From positions 116,978,129-117,042,128 of the forward strand of contig NC_068984.1 of the NCBI RefSeq assembly GCF_001194135.2: 64,000 bases of DNA, in the 5' to 3' direction. Source of the stretch: Octopus bimaculoides (Eukaryota). Each line of letters begins with the position of its first letter. The stretch's first letter is position 1. Below are positions 13,873 to 28,447 of this stretch, in pieces. Made by a program: the position numbers and the translations under genes. The notes under the pieces are model-generated. The model was not told where the DNA came from, searched no databases, and worked only from the letters and a program-made list of their open reading frames with translations.

Positions 13873-15119
13873 AAAAAAAATAAAACAAAACAAGGTATCA
13901 TTATCCCTCATAAATGTGTGTGCATGGATATGTGATAGAAAATCATTTCTGCTTAGTGACCTGCTTGGTAAAAAGTTTTCAGGGTTATCCGTTAAGGGTA
14001 ACACTAAACTGAATGTTCCTCAAAGAGGACTTGAAGTCAGCATAGCCAACTTATGACATAGTCCAGTAATTCCTGAAGTTTTGGGGGTTGCTGCCCCCTT
14101 GGCACCCAAGTGATATTCTCAGCGCCGACGACGACCACCACCACCACCACCCCTCATCCTCATAAACGGAGACCATTTTCTGAAACAAATTCAAAACAAC
14201 CTTATTTCACAAATAAAACTTTAACCTAATAAACCCATTATTAACACATCCATCACCCCCGTGTAGCCACGCCATTATCGCCTCACTTTTGTTCAACGCC
14301 CCCCTCCCCCCGGAATCATTTCACTCCTCCCAGGGGAGGGGGCAGTAACACCCACTTTGGGAACCACCGACATAGACGATCATTAGAGTGTATAGTCGAA
14401 ACCAACTGATATTCTAAGCACGCAGCCCGATAACGGTACCCTTTCGGCTTTTTTTTTAAACCTTAAATAACCTTTGTTTTTCACGTTTCTGCTCTGTCAT
14501 GACCACTGCCACGTGGCTGAAAAGTATCAAGACAATTTGCCAACGAACTCCGGAACCATTTAACCACAGTGCGCGTACGTTGTGTGTGTATTTTTACTTT
14601 CCATCAAGTACATCATTAATTTAATATTTAATCTCCAGACGTAATCAGAACGTCTATGAACCGAGTTGTTTGTTCTTCCGATTTTTCTTTCTTTCATTCT
14701 TTTTTTCATTCTTTTTTTTTTTTTTAATCTTTCTCTTAACTGTAAGGAAACACTTGTTTTAATGGTAGTCGGGTTTCTTCTGTGTCTATTCCTTAATGGT
14801 GGGCAACAATCTAATTAGAAATTTGAATGTTGCGAGGGTGTGATGGGGACAAAGAACCTTAGAGAGCAGAGGTGCTTGCCACTTAATATTTTGTGGTGGT
14901 TTGTTTTCTAACGAACCCGATGAATCGGAAATGTCGTTCTCGAGGTCGTTCAGCAGATGTCATGAAATACGGGGATGAAAGTGTAAACACTTCAAGAGTC
15001 AATATCCATCTGAGTCGCTGTTGGTGGCGTTGTTGTACTGAAAATACAACAAAAAAATAGTACAGTAACGGAAAAGAATTAGAATCAGTTGGTTATAACC
15101 TATCTACCTATCTATCTAT

Positions 15120-15164
<45 letters not shown>

Positions 15165-16324
15165 AGAAAGATAAATAAAAGAATATAAAAAAATTATCGT
15201 TTCCGTTAAGAAAGGAGAGAAAATAGGGTACAGGTGGAAACATTAGCTGTTTAGTTGTTTCCTGTNNNNNNNNNNNNNNNNNNNNNNNNNNNNNNNNNNN
15301 NNNNNNNNNNNNNNNNNNNNNNNNNNNNNNNNNNNNNNNNNNNNNNNNNNNNNNNNNNNNNNNNNNNNNNNNNNNNNNNNNNNNNNNNNNNNNNNNNNNN
15401 NNNNNNNNNNNNNNNNNNNNNNGCATCTTTAAGCTTTGAACATGGTGGTTCAAATATATAAAGAAAAGGCTTTTTTCATTTTAAATTTGCTTTAACCCTA
15501 ACCTTAGGGTTAGGGTTAATTGTTTCAGAATCGTTTGTTTATGTAGTCGGCACTTAATGTATATCGGCTGAATGGACGTCAGTGATTGGTTGAAATTACA
15601 GAAATACGACAACTTTAACATGAAATAATTTATGGATTTCTTTTTTTTTAAAGAAGACTAAGAGAAAAAGATGTTTTATATGACACATTCTACCAGTGTT
15701 CCAAGTTTCAAAGTGTTTCGTTAATGAAAAATGTGGCCCCCGTTTTAAAAAAGATCCGAAAATGGTGAAGGTGAAAACTTGTGGGGCGGAAGAGGCGGGG
15801 GTGAGGTGAGGATTTTAAAAAAATCACTGTTTTTCTTTTTAATCTTACAAAATTTACGAATGTGTCGTGATCTGAAGCTTATGGAGAGAGAGAGAGAGAG
15901 AGAGAACAAGACTAAACGAGCTATTAATATAGTTGTTTCGCCCTCGCTTGGCTTTGGTTAAGTTGAAACATTCGTTCTAATTTTGGCACAATGCCCGCAG
16001 TTTCGAGGTGAGAGCGAAGTCGATTATGTCGTTTCCAGTGCTCATTTGGTATTATTTTATCGTGTCCAAACTACGAAAGGCAAGATCGATCTCGGCGGCA
16101 TTTGAACTCAGGATGTAAAGATCTGGAAAAAATTCCGTTAAACATTTTGTTCGACGTGTTAACAATTCTGCTAGCTCGCGACGATCGCTCGGGTTCAACA
16201 ATGATCAAAGAAGTTCGGCCATGATTAAATCGTCTTTTTTTTTTGTATACAGGACTGCACTCTTCAGTTTGACCCCTTTTGCTTTGTTGTTCCAACTCTC
16301 ACTGGAGTCAACTTTGATTTAGAT

Positions 16325-18334
16325 CAGTAGTTCTCAAGGGGTGTGCCCGAGCGCACCAGTGCACCGAGAGACATGCTTAGGTGTGCCCACGAAATTTTAA
16401 AATCTCGGTAGATATTTGTAATGATAAAAAAATTTTAAAAAATGAATTTATAGTACATTATATCATCAGTTCAGCACTGAAATCTTCTTTACGGCAGATC
16501 ATTATTATTATGTTAAGAGCGGGAAGAAATCCAGCAAGGAACAGCCGGTTGCCCGGAAGAAGGTTTTATACACGTTGTAAATTTGTTCTAACAAGGCTAC
16601 GCTGTAGTGTAGCGGTGACAGTAACAGTAATAGGTTCTGTTAGTGGAAGTGTTATGATAAATAGTGCAACGTTTTCTCGTGATACATATTCCTATCACTG
16701 ATATACCTATCCACCCATCTAAAACTTTAAACACTTAATGGAATTTTAGACTATTGTAGTGTTATATTTGTTAAAAGTAAACGATAGATAAAAGCTTCAG
16801 ATAAATATACAATAATACACACGTACAAATTAATAGATAACTAAAACAGAAACGTGAATGTGATTCCGGAAGTGAACATGGCGGAAACAGTTTCAGTAAG
16901 AGAGCCAAAGCGCGAGCCATTGCTCGCAAATACGACGAAAGTTATTTAGGATTTGGTTTTTATTGGACTGGAAACATTGATGATCCTTTGCCGCTATATA
17001 TGTGGATGTAAAATGTCAAACGAATCATTGGTTCCTAATAAACTGATCAAGCATTTTAAAACCAAGCACTCATTTACAAAGTAAATCTGTAAGTTATTTC
17101 AAAAGATTGTTAGAACACCAGACGATAGCTGGAACTGAAAAAGCTCAAACCGCTTCTTACGAGGTTTCAGAACTGATAGCACAAAATTTGAAAGTTCATG
17201 CTTTAGGCGAGTCACTCATTTTGCCTGCGTGTAAGAAGATTGTGAAGACAATGCTGGGAAATGAGGCAGCAAAAGAAATAAAATAACATCTTTCTATCCA
17301 ACGATACTGATGTATTCTAGAAATAACATCTAAGAGATGTCGAGAAAAATGTTTGTTGTAATAAGTTTTAGTATTCAGATATTGCATTACAAATTGATGA
17401 GTCAACAAACAATGCCAGCAAAGCGCAGCTCTTAGCATTTATTCGTTTTGTTGATGAAGATCAAATTGTAAATCAGTTTCTTTTTTGCAAAGAATTAAGT
17501 GCGACTACAAAGGGCGAAGATGTTTTCAACATTTTGAATAATTACCTGTGTGTGCACAAAAAAAATATCATCGAAGTCGTGTGTCGGCATTTGTACAGAT
17601 GGAGCTCCATCAATGTTTGGCTACGTTAAGAGCCTTACAGTCTTTGTAAAAAGGCAAAATGAAAATGTCGTCATAACTTAGTGCTTTCTTCATTGATGGC
17701 TAAAACATTAGGAGACAAATTAAGAGAAGTTTTGAATCAAGCTGTTGAGATTGTAAATTATATAAAAACAAGACCAGTAAAGCCACATTTATTCGAGCAA
17801 TTTTTTTATCGATATGGATTCAAAACAGACACCTGCTTTTACACACAGGTGAGGTGGCTTTCAAAGGGTAAAGTACTTAATCGTGTATATGAACTACGAC
17901 ACTTTTGTGAGCTCCTTTGATGTAAATTCTGGATTAGCAGATTAGTGTATTTGGCTTATATATTTCGGCACCTCAATATTTTGAATACTAGCGTGCAAGG
18001 AAATGAAGAAAGTATTTTGACATATACTGATAAAATGAAAGCATTTCAGAAGAAAAATCTACTTTTCTGGAAGAAAAGAACTTCTGAGGGTAATTTGGAA
18101 ATGTTTCCATTGATAAGTAGAACTTGCATAAATGATATCTTCCCGTTAATACTTGAACATTTGACAAATTTGGAAGATAAATTAAGTTATTATTTCCCAT
18201 TACTTAACTCTGAACAATACGCTTGGATTCGAAATTCATTCATAGAAATTTCAGATGATGCTAGTTTAACATTAACCGAAGAAGACGAACTAGCAGCTAT
18301 ATCCATCGATGGTGGATTGAAAATTGTCGAATAG
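16325..18334 (+). pseudogene. Buster/Charlie-type hAT transposon fossil (ZBED5/FAM200-like transposase), frameshifted and 3' truncated
   Basis: 5' TIR CAGTAGTTCTCAA preceded by ATTTAGAT (nnnTAnnn); ATG at 16878 leads to RKYDESYLGFGF and KLIKHFKTKH; later QIDES, CTDGAP, VRWLSKGKVLNRVYELR and MKAFQKK segments in different frames; no 3' TIR found. Confidence 0.88.
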
Positions 18335-20443
18335 AAAGTTTTGGTAGTTTGGCCTACAGTCTGTTAGATACCAACTTTGCGAAAGAAGAGTTTTTGAGTG
18401 GTTAAGAACACAGAACGAAAGGGTGAGAGTATACATCACCTGGTTTAGGTGAAGGTAACATAGAACAGGTTTAGAGACGCAGAGATCCTTATGGTGTTAG
18501 TGGAGTAGAGAACGTGATAGTGGGTACGATATGATGGTGATCCTGATTTTTATAGAATGTTGTTTGTACTGTTTAAATAAAGGGTTTATGTTCTGGGCAT
18601 TTGTAAACAGCAGCTGTTTCCGACTCTGTAGCATGAAATCCACACCTTGTGATAAAGCTTTGCACGTTTTTTTTTTNNNNNNNNNNNNNNNNNNNNNNNN
18701 NNNNNNNNGGGGGGGGGGGGCAGGTGTTCTTTTTGGTTTTTGATTACATTGAAAATTGATATGTTGATACTAGTTGTATTTTTTATTTATTTTTCAACTG
18801 TGTTTTTCGATTTTGTTAATACTAATGATAGTAAACAGCTTTCAAAATTTTTCGACTCTTTTTCTGTTTATTCTTTTTTTTTATGTGGAAAGAAGACCGT
18901 GGATCCTATGCTTAAAAATATGGAAATTACAATTCTTTAATTTTTATTTCATTTCAAAATTTCAATGTCAATTGCTTAGTGTAATTTTCCACTATCAATT
19001 TTATGATCGTAAGCCAAAAGAATGTCCGAAATTGAAATCTGATTGTGATCATTGCGAGAAATTATTAGGGTTTTAATTTTTATTCCTTTCTTTTTTTTTT
19101 TCTGGGGGTAGCGTTTTTTTAGGGTCTGTAACGATCAATTGCTCATGAGTGAAATGTTTTCTGAGTTTGTTTCGTTGGAATGTTATAACAGTTGTTGCTT
19201 TGGTCTGATTAAAGTAATCTCTGAGTCGTCAAGGTTGCGTGTTGCATGATGCTTTTCGGGGTTTCCTTGTTCACGAAGAATTTGCAGAGCTGGTGGTGGA
19301 CGATGGTGGTTGAAGCTGTGTGTATTTGACACCTGTGAGCAGAGTCGAGGTTTAAAATACCGAGCGGTTTTATCTGTTGGCAAATCTCTCTCCCGCCTCT
19401 TTCTGTGGCAGTTGTTGTATGAAATGGCTGTATTAGCTAATGCATTTGAGGGAAATGGATTGGAGAAATTGATTGAATCGTAGAGTATACCAAAGATGTG
19501 TAGTATGATTCATAAACTCCAACTCGTCTATGAACACATTCAAGGTTGCACAGATTCCCTCACATTCTTTTTTGCTTCTGCCCTTTACTCTTACACCAAC
19601 GTTACTCAAGAAGGTGCGTAGACTCGTACTCACCCGGAATGGGTTTCATTTTATGCTTTTACTTTAAAGATATAAAGATATTAATTTATGAGATCTTAAA
19701 ACACGTTGTGTGTGTGTGTAAGTGAGAGAGAGAGCTTAGTGTTTGATTATTTATATTTATCTTTTCGTAATTTGTTAGTAACCATCTAGCTACTTGGCTT
19801 TGAGAGCTGTTTAGTTGCTGTCAAAATAACTGGAGCTAGTTGGCTGGCTGGTGTTTTGAGCTTTGTGGAAAAGATACAGTTAGCTTTCAATGAAAATAAT
19901 CCTGCGAAGATATCTTTTAATGTTGAATCAGAAGTATATGCACTCAGATACATTTTATTTTGTTCGTTATTTTACTATGCTCGCATATAATTTTATATTC
20001 ACACTGCTTTCTCTTAGTCAGAGAGAGGTAGAAAGACAGACGGAGATGGGAGCTATTTCAAGGATAGATCTGTTATCTCCCTCTACCTCTCTCTATGTAT
20101 GTATGTATAACACACACACACACACACACACATACAGAGTCTAATTTCAAGTTTTAATACTACAGAGATTGGTTTTGCTCTTCTGCGTTAAGGACGATGA
20201 GCTTCATAATCCGTTGAAATAAGATAAAAGCTTGTGCCCTGAGAAGTGAGATTCGAAGTTACCAGCGGGGCGGGGCTATTTCTTCAAAGAAAATCTGCTG
20301 CGATATATTTGTCCAACTCTCTTCTCTCATTTTAAGAGGGTAGAGAATACCTTGAAAGAGATTTGGTAGCAAGAGAGTTGCTAGCATGACAAGCAAGTGG
20401 AAGGCTTAAAATTGTTCAGATGCTATAAGAATGATTGGTTAAA

Positions 20444-20598
20444 TACTCTTTTTACTCTTTTACTTGTTTNNNNNNNNNNTTGTAAGCCGAGTACTTATTC
20501 TATCGGTCTCTTTTTGCCGAACCGCTAAGTTACGGGAACGTAAACACACCAGCATCGGTTGTCAAGCGATGGTGGTGGGGTGACAAACACACACACAA

Positions 20599-20637
<39 letters not shown>

Positions 20638-20784
20638 CGACGGGCTTCTTTCAGTTTCCGTCTACCAAACCCACTCACAAGGCTTTGGTCGGCCCGAGGC
20701 TATAGTAGAAGACACTTGCCCAAGGTGCTACGCAGTGGGACTCAACCCGGAACCATGTGGTTACCGCACAGCCACTCCTGCGCC
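20444..20784 (-). mobile_element. SINE family A (spans a gap)
   Basis: Reverse complement of the 61551 copy. Confidence 0.85.
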
Positions 20785-20932
20785 TATGTTTTACATTATT
20801 TAATTCCATTGCTGTATGTTCTGAGTCCAGATGTTCCTTGGACAGGATGTGAGAAGGGGGAGAGAGACCTAAACAATAAATACCAGTAATATCATGGTTA
20901 TCTCCCTTAGTTACTATTTTATTTACGTAGAG

Positions 20933-21183
20933 CAGTAGTTCTCAATCGGTGACCTTATGGCCCTTGATGGTCCATATACGATTTGGTTAGAATTTATCTG
21001 CAATAAATTGCTCGTATTTCTGCAATACACAAAATATTTTAACAATTTTTTAAATACAATTCCTAATAATGTTTAATTATAAAAATATAATAGGATTTAA
21101 AAACATCGAGTGGCTATGAGGTTCCACCTGAGTAAAATAGGAATGAAAGGGTCCGTGGGTAACAAATGATTCAAAACCACCAG
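20933..21183. mobile_element. hAT (Charlie-like) MITE, diverged
   Basis: Starts CAGTAGTTCTCAA after ACGTAGAG (nnnTAnnn); ends TTCAAAACCAC; AT-rich interior; right TSD not evident. Confidence 0.5.
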
Positions 21184-23478
21184 TGTTCAGGGTTACTTGT
21201 CATACGACAAGTAATGTTTGGAACCTACGTTTATTGGAGCTACTTTAGCATGCACTCTACTGCAGTATAAGCAGTCTGTGTTGTGAAATGACTTGGTTTG
21301 CCTACTGAGAGCTCAACACGTTTTGTGATCTTTCATGGTAAAAATTTATTACCTGTGATTACTCCTTTCTTTCTATGCTTCTGATCTGAGTGCTCCTGAC
21401 TGGTGTGGATAAAAGATCAATAGATCTAACATCCACATTAGTATCCACCACAAATTGAAGCAGATATATTATCTATGTAACACGTTCTAGCCACTGCAAT
21501 GCTGTTTTAAGATTTTTTTAATGTATCATTTTAAACAGCGGAAACAACAGTTCCATTTTTATGGGAAAGCAATCTTCTGGATGTATCACAAGAAACAGAT
21601 CCTTGTTATCAATGTAGTAGTGTAGTGAAAGCAAAACAAAAACATAATAGAGGTGGGGAATAAAGACCTGTACTGCATTGTCATTAATAATAAATCATTA
21701 TTCAACTTGTTTTTATTATCCTGCAATTTAAAGTTCTTATAGTGGAGGTAGGCAGCACACTGAAGTGAGGAAGGGAAGATAGACCACACACTAAATTGGT
21801 ACCCATTTATCATTGTTGAGCAGTATCGGGTAATGTTACATGTAATGAAATTAATTGATTATTAAGCAGTTTTATTGTTATCAGTAATATATTGATTGCA
21901 CATATACAATAAGAGATGTGTTTATATTTTAATTTAATAAATATTTTTATTAGAAAAATTACTATTCATTTCACTTGTATTCATCCACCATAAAATTTGA
22001 AAAACCAATATTATAATTATAATTATTGTATCTATGCAATATTATTACCTGGAGTGGCAAACTCTATACTCCCACTGTTACCTTTTATATATCAGGTAGC
22101 ACTCTAGTATAACTATATTGAATGCTGGAAAGGAGGATAAAGACAGTGGGAAGGGGACAGATTCAGTTCAAAGGAATTGGGCTGTTGCATTGATTAGCTG
22201 TGATTTTTCATGTCTTTTGCAAAGGCTAAATTTGTGTGAACATCAAGGTTCACTCCATTTCATCTTTACTGCAAAATTCCCAAGAACTATTTATGCCAAA
22301 TGTAAGAAACTATTAACAACTATTGTTGTAATGGCACAATGACTGGCAGAGCGCTTACAGAAACTGCAAATTTTGATGTATTCCATGAATTTTGTAAGCA
22401 TATTTCGATTGCGCATCTGTCTCATTATTTCTAACCTTCTACACATTTCACTCGCTCTCCTTCCTCTTCCCCCCCCCTCTATTTTCCGCTTTGTTTCTCA
22501 TCTACCCCCATCTCCCTCTACTCCTTTACCCATTTACTCTCCCCTTCTTTTGTGTGCGTGCGTGCATACATGTGTACCTATGTGCGTGTGTGTGTGTGTG
22601 TGTATATATATATGTAATCTCGTTCAGCTGCCATCTTGTATTCTCTGTATGTGATTATTTGAAGCATTGTTGCTGAAAGCTCTCACATCTTTCATCTTAA
22701 GTGGTTCCAACTGCTTTTGAAAGAAAGTTGTTGCATCGAAATCTAAAACATCCTCACATGTTATTGTTCTGGTTCCCACTTTGTAATAACACAACTAGAT
22801 TTATTGCAATTGCAACAAGCAACTTTCATTCTCATCTTTCCTTTGCACTTCTGTCAGTTGTTGCAGGTATTGTTTAGCCCAGGTCAGCCCTATTCCAGTA
22901 GACCTGTGATCAAAGGTGTTGCAACAATGTTCATCTTTTATTCAATTGCATTCTATGTAGGAGCACACCTTTCACCAACCTGTCCTTCCTTTATAAGGCA
23001 ATAGGATATGATTTCATGGGGATTTAGCTGTCTAGCTTGTGGAGTGTTGGCAAAGAGATTCCTTCATTGGCTCATCTAGTAAATGTTCGTGTTACTACTG
23101 TTAGGGTCCTCGTTGTCTCTGTCTAGTTATATCACTTCATTGCTGACATTCATTGATATTGAGACATGTAAGTCTGGCTGGCAAAATAGCATCATCATCA
23201 TCATCATTTTGTGAGTGTTCACCTTATTCTCCTCGCATAGGTCAGTTGAGATTCTTTGAGGCAGTATTTCTACAGCTGTATGCTCTTCCTTTCATCAACT
23301 CTCACTTTTCCCAAGTAAGAATGTTTCCCCCTTATACTTTGAATGCAAACAGTACAGTGACAAGTCATGATTTCACTAAAGATTGCAAAAGAATAACATC
23401 ATTTTGCATTTATAGTGACATCTGTTTTCAGCTTGTGTGTGATTTCAAGACAAGGAGGCATGGCATACATACACACAC

Positions 23479-23510
<32 letters not shown>

Positions 23511-25439
23511 GTGGAGAGAGAGAGAGGCTTTCAATCTTCATTTACTAAATCCATGCAAAAAGCTTTGGTTACCTGGTGCTGTAAGAGAAGACACCTACCC
23601 AAGGTGTTGTGCAGTGGAGTTGAACTTGAAATCCTGATAGTGGTTTTTGTATTAAAAAAAAAGAAAAAAAAAAGAACAAGACAAAGGAAACCAGCAGAAA
23701 GTTACCTTTGTATTGTGTGATAAAAGTTCTTTGGAAAGCACTTGGCACATGTCAAGAAAGTGATAACAGGACATTCATTGACTTGATGGTACAAGAAAGA
23801 ATTTAATGGAAGCCAAACCATCAGATTAAAGCTATTACAACATAGATACAATCTCCTGTATCTATGTACTATATTCAAGTTCTGTCATGGTAAACAAGCT
23901 TTACTCTTTATCCTGTTTGTAGTCAATTAAATAGGCATCATTAATATACTGGAGTTGATTGCATTCAATTGACTGCATCCCTTCACAGCAAATGTTGGCC
24001 TTGCACCTTCACAAAACTAAACTATTATTGGCTGCATGGTTAAGAATTTTGTTTTATAACTACATAGTTTCTCTTTTAAAACCTATTGTGCAGAACGTTG
24101 GACAGGTGTTTTCTACTGTAGCTTTGGGTTGACCAACACCTTGTGAGTGGAATTTGCTTGGTAGAAGCCTATTTGTGTGCAAGTGTGTATGTGTCTGTCC
24201 ATGTCTGTGTTTATGTAAAAAAATCAGGGTCATTTTAAAAAGCATTACAATTATAAATTAGTTAAAGTTACAGGTTAAAAAAATACTGGAGTCAATATGG
24301 TCATCATAGAACTATGAATGCTGTGCCTCGGCATTGTCACAGTCAAATGCCTGAGACTAGTGAAAGAATATATATTGGAAAGTAATGGCAAAGATTTTAA
24401 TGGACATAATATAAAGCATTCAAGTACTGATTTGAGACACAAGGCTATCAACAAGGCCACCAATCACACTTAAACATGTCTCAATTACTAGATAGATGTA
24501 TTGTTGATTGCTTCTGCAATTCCACTTTAAAATTAAATCTTATTAATGTTACTACTATAGAACTAGCACTTCTACTACCAAAAGTATTTATTTTACTTGG
24601 TTTCCCAGTAAAAATATTGTATCTATCTTTCTCCATGTCTGTTATCCATCCATCTCTCTGTCTCTAGTTAGCCATCCATCCATCCATCACTATTTATCCA
24701 TCTGTCCATCCATCTACCCATCTCTATTTATGTGTCCATTCATCCTTCTCTAACACCCACCCACCCATCTCTATTTAGCTATTTAATCTGCTTATCCTGA
24801 TCTAGCTATCTGGAAATAAGCTAACAGCCATAGCTTGAATTTCCTTACTCATAGTTTATGCTTACTATTCTATATATTTACTGAAAGCTATCGTCTTGTT
24901 TATTGCATTCTGTATTATTAAGTACATTTTGCAAAATGTCTTCTCCCAAAGAAATAATTCCAATAAAAAAAAAACAAAAAAACATCCACTTCTTTGTCAT
25001 TTTCTACATTACCATTATTATTATAAACAAACCATTGTGTTGTTGTGTAAAGTAATTTTCTTTTCCATTTCTGTTTTTAAACCACATTGAAACAAGGATT
25101 ATGTTTATGACAAGCAGCATATTTTTGCATTAGCAAATCATATATATGTGCAAATCAGAAGATTCTTATTCAGATATATTCATTATGGCAATTCACATTC
25201 CTTAAGGATGTTCTATTGATAACTTTTATATGTATTATAACTTGATAAATGATTAATATCTCATTGAAGAAAACCAGCTTGGTTTGTGAATGCTGACTCA
25301 CTCTGAATTATTCAACAGTTGCCTTTCCTGTTATGAACAGTTGTGTGGGTGCATTTATCATGACATCAGCGCTAGATCCATTGATCTAAATCGTATTTCA
25401 ATCCCCCCTTTTTTTTAAAGATTTTTGTATTCAAACCCA

Positions 25440-25530
<91 letters not shown>

Positions 25531-25565
25531 ATATATATGTGTGTGTGTGTGTATATATGTATATG

Positions 25566-26464
25566 TTGGGTCATCTCATGAATAATGCGGTTTTTTCAAT
25601 TGCATGAACTGAAAGTTGGATGGGTGTGGGATAAACTGCGTGCATCAACTTGCTATAAAAACAGGTTGTAATTTTTCCTTGGTCTTTTCCTAGTGCAAGT
25701 TTTGAAGAGTTCAGTTTGATTTTAGCAGTTATTTTTTCAAAGCTGTAAAGGAAATGAGAAAGGAACATATTCGGCATATTTTACTTTATGAGTTCAATAA
25801 AAGCAACAATGTAACAGGAAGTGTGAGGAATATTAATGCAGTATATGGGGATCAGACAATAAGCGTAAGCCAGTGTCGAAGGTGGTTCCAAAAATTCCAA
25901 GCCAGAAACTACAGCTTAGAGGACGAGTCTTGTCCTGGAAGATCTGTAAGAGCTTGATGAGGATGTCCTACAAGCCCTGGTGGAACAAAATCCCATCTTA
26001 ACTGTTGAGGAACAAGCAGAGAAACTTGGATTTGATCATTCAACCAGTCATTCAAGTCAGCACTTGAAGAAAAGTGACCATCTTTGGTTTCAAGACAATA
26101 GGTGTTCTTCCTTTAAGATAATGCTCGGCCACATGGATGACATTCCAAAGGCTGGAGTAGTTTGAATGGGAAACGATGCCCCACCCACCATAATCACCGG
26201 ACATTGCCCCATCTGATTATCGTTTAATCCACAGTCTTCAAAATCATTTGGATGGAAAAAAATATGAATTCTGTAGTCGAGGTCACTACAGTACTGGAAG
26301 AGTGAATTTTGGAAGAGGGACCTTGCAAGTCTACCAGATAGATGGAAGAGCATTGTAGAAAACGAAGGAGAGTATATTTCAGATTAAAAAAGAACTTTGT
26401 TTATCTTAATTTTGAATAATAAAAGATGTATAACAAAACTGCATTATTTAATGGGATGACCCAG
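25566..26464 (+). pseudogene. mariner transposon, internally deleted fossil
   Basis: About 30-bp TIRs (TGGGTCATCYCAT..AATAATGC), TA at right end; MRKEHIRHILLYEF...WFQKF N-terminal HTH; HPP*SPDIAPSDY motif. Confidence 0.9.
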
Positions 26465-26493
26465 TATAAAATGTGTGTGTATATATATAAATG

Positions 26494-26552
<59 letters not shown>

Positions 26553-26609
26553 ATATATATATATATGTGTGTATATATATGTGTGTGTGTATGTGTATAT
26601 ATATGTATA

Positions 26610-26660
<51 letters not shown>

Positions 26661-28447
26661 GGAACAAAAACGTAATAGAGTACAATAAAACATTCGGACT
26701 GATAGACAATAGTAGGTGGACGAGAAACAACAATTAGGACAGGCAAAAAAAAGACAGGTCATTCATGACTTTCCTTCCTCAGTCAAGTCCCAGAAGTTAC
26801 GACCATCGAGTTGATTGTATGATTGTAGAATGGACAGATTGTACCACAGAAAACCCACCGAAAGACCAATTGACCTACAAGTTTTAATCTTTTCTGAAGA
26901 CAAACTGCATGTAAAGATAGTGTTTTAAAATGGATTCTAAATGAATAAGACAAGATATGACAGATGACAATTTCAGTTGAACAGCGTATAAAGATATCTG
27001 ATCTGCAATCACCCAACTGTTAATGACAGGAAAGCTTAAGTTTTTCACTTTGTAAGTTCTCTTTGTAGTTGGAATATGGCTGGATATTCTGCAAATGAGA
27101 CTGTGGAACCTGCATAAGACATAGTAAGATATGATAATGGAAAACCGAGTATACTGGAGTTTGTAATTGACAGTGTAAAATGAAATGATCCAAACATAGT
27201 GTCAAAACAAACTCTCAAGTGGTTAATTGGTTCAGAAATTTGAATGTATTTTAGCAATAGTGAAATATAATTACAAATTAATTTTTATTTGTGTTGCTAC
27301 TACTACTGCTGCTACCTCCCCCTACCACTATCATGTGTGATGATCATATAGGCAACATTCTTGTGTATGCAAATCATATTGCATGTTAATCAGAATATTT
27401 TCATTCAAATATATTCATGAATTTAATTTGTGCTTCATAGCATGTTATCCTTAATGTTTGAGTGTACTATAACTTGATAAGTAATTAATACCCCTCTGAA
27501 AAAAAAAAAAAAAAAAAAAAAAAAAGAAAAACGCTTCGAAAGGAAGCTGTTGATTCTGAATTCTGAATTATTCAGCAGACAAGAGCTGGCAATTCCACAT
27601 AGACGGGTACACATGTCTAGAGCTATTGTCATGGTAAACACGCCCCAGCTGCACTGTTACATCAGTTTGCAATGATTGTAATGATGTTTAGATCTGTCTA
27701 AACAGATCTGTCCTGTCAGGACTGATCTCGCATCAAAGAGCCTTTTAGCTCTGACCATCCTGTCTTTTTATTTAGACCTAGCTTTATCTGGGACTAATTT
27801 ATTTATTTGATGTCTCCTTTGTTGACTCATGGTTTCTGCTATGGCATTAAGGGAGGGATATATGAATATACGTATACAAAATACTGGTTATATGCCATGC
27901 AATTAAAATTGCAATATATGTGTACACATACATACACACACACACACACACACACTTGGTGTTACATGTATTGTTTAGCACCGTAAGGATCAAATCAAAC
28001 TGTTTTAAATAATGATAATAATAATTGCATATATATATATGTGTATATTTGTGTGTGTGTGTGTCTGTGTATATAGATATGTATATAGGTGTTGTGTATC
28101 TATGTGCCTATATGTGTGTGTGTGTATGTGTGTGTATGTATGTGCATATATGTGTGTGTATGTATGTGTATATATGTGTGTATGTATGTGCATATATATG
28201 TGTATATGTATGTATATATACATATCTTGTACTTGATTTATCGACCCCGAAAGGATGAAAGGCAAAGTTGACCTTGGCAGAATTCGAACTCAGAACATAG
28301 TCATGGGCGAAATACCACTAAGCATTTCGTCCTGCGTGCTTATGATTCCGCCAGCTCACTTCCTTAATAATAAGGACAATGATAAGGTAATGATAATAAT
28401 AACATTAAGATCAAAATGAAAAATTCTAGTCCTAGGTTGTGGCTTGA

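Noticed and set aside
19890-20030. FVRYFTMLAYNFIFT as the missing first tetraspanin exon
   Set aside because: Y-to-N spacing is one residue off, no suitable donor after NFIF, and it runs into a GA microsatellite.
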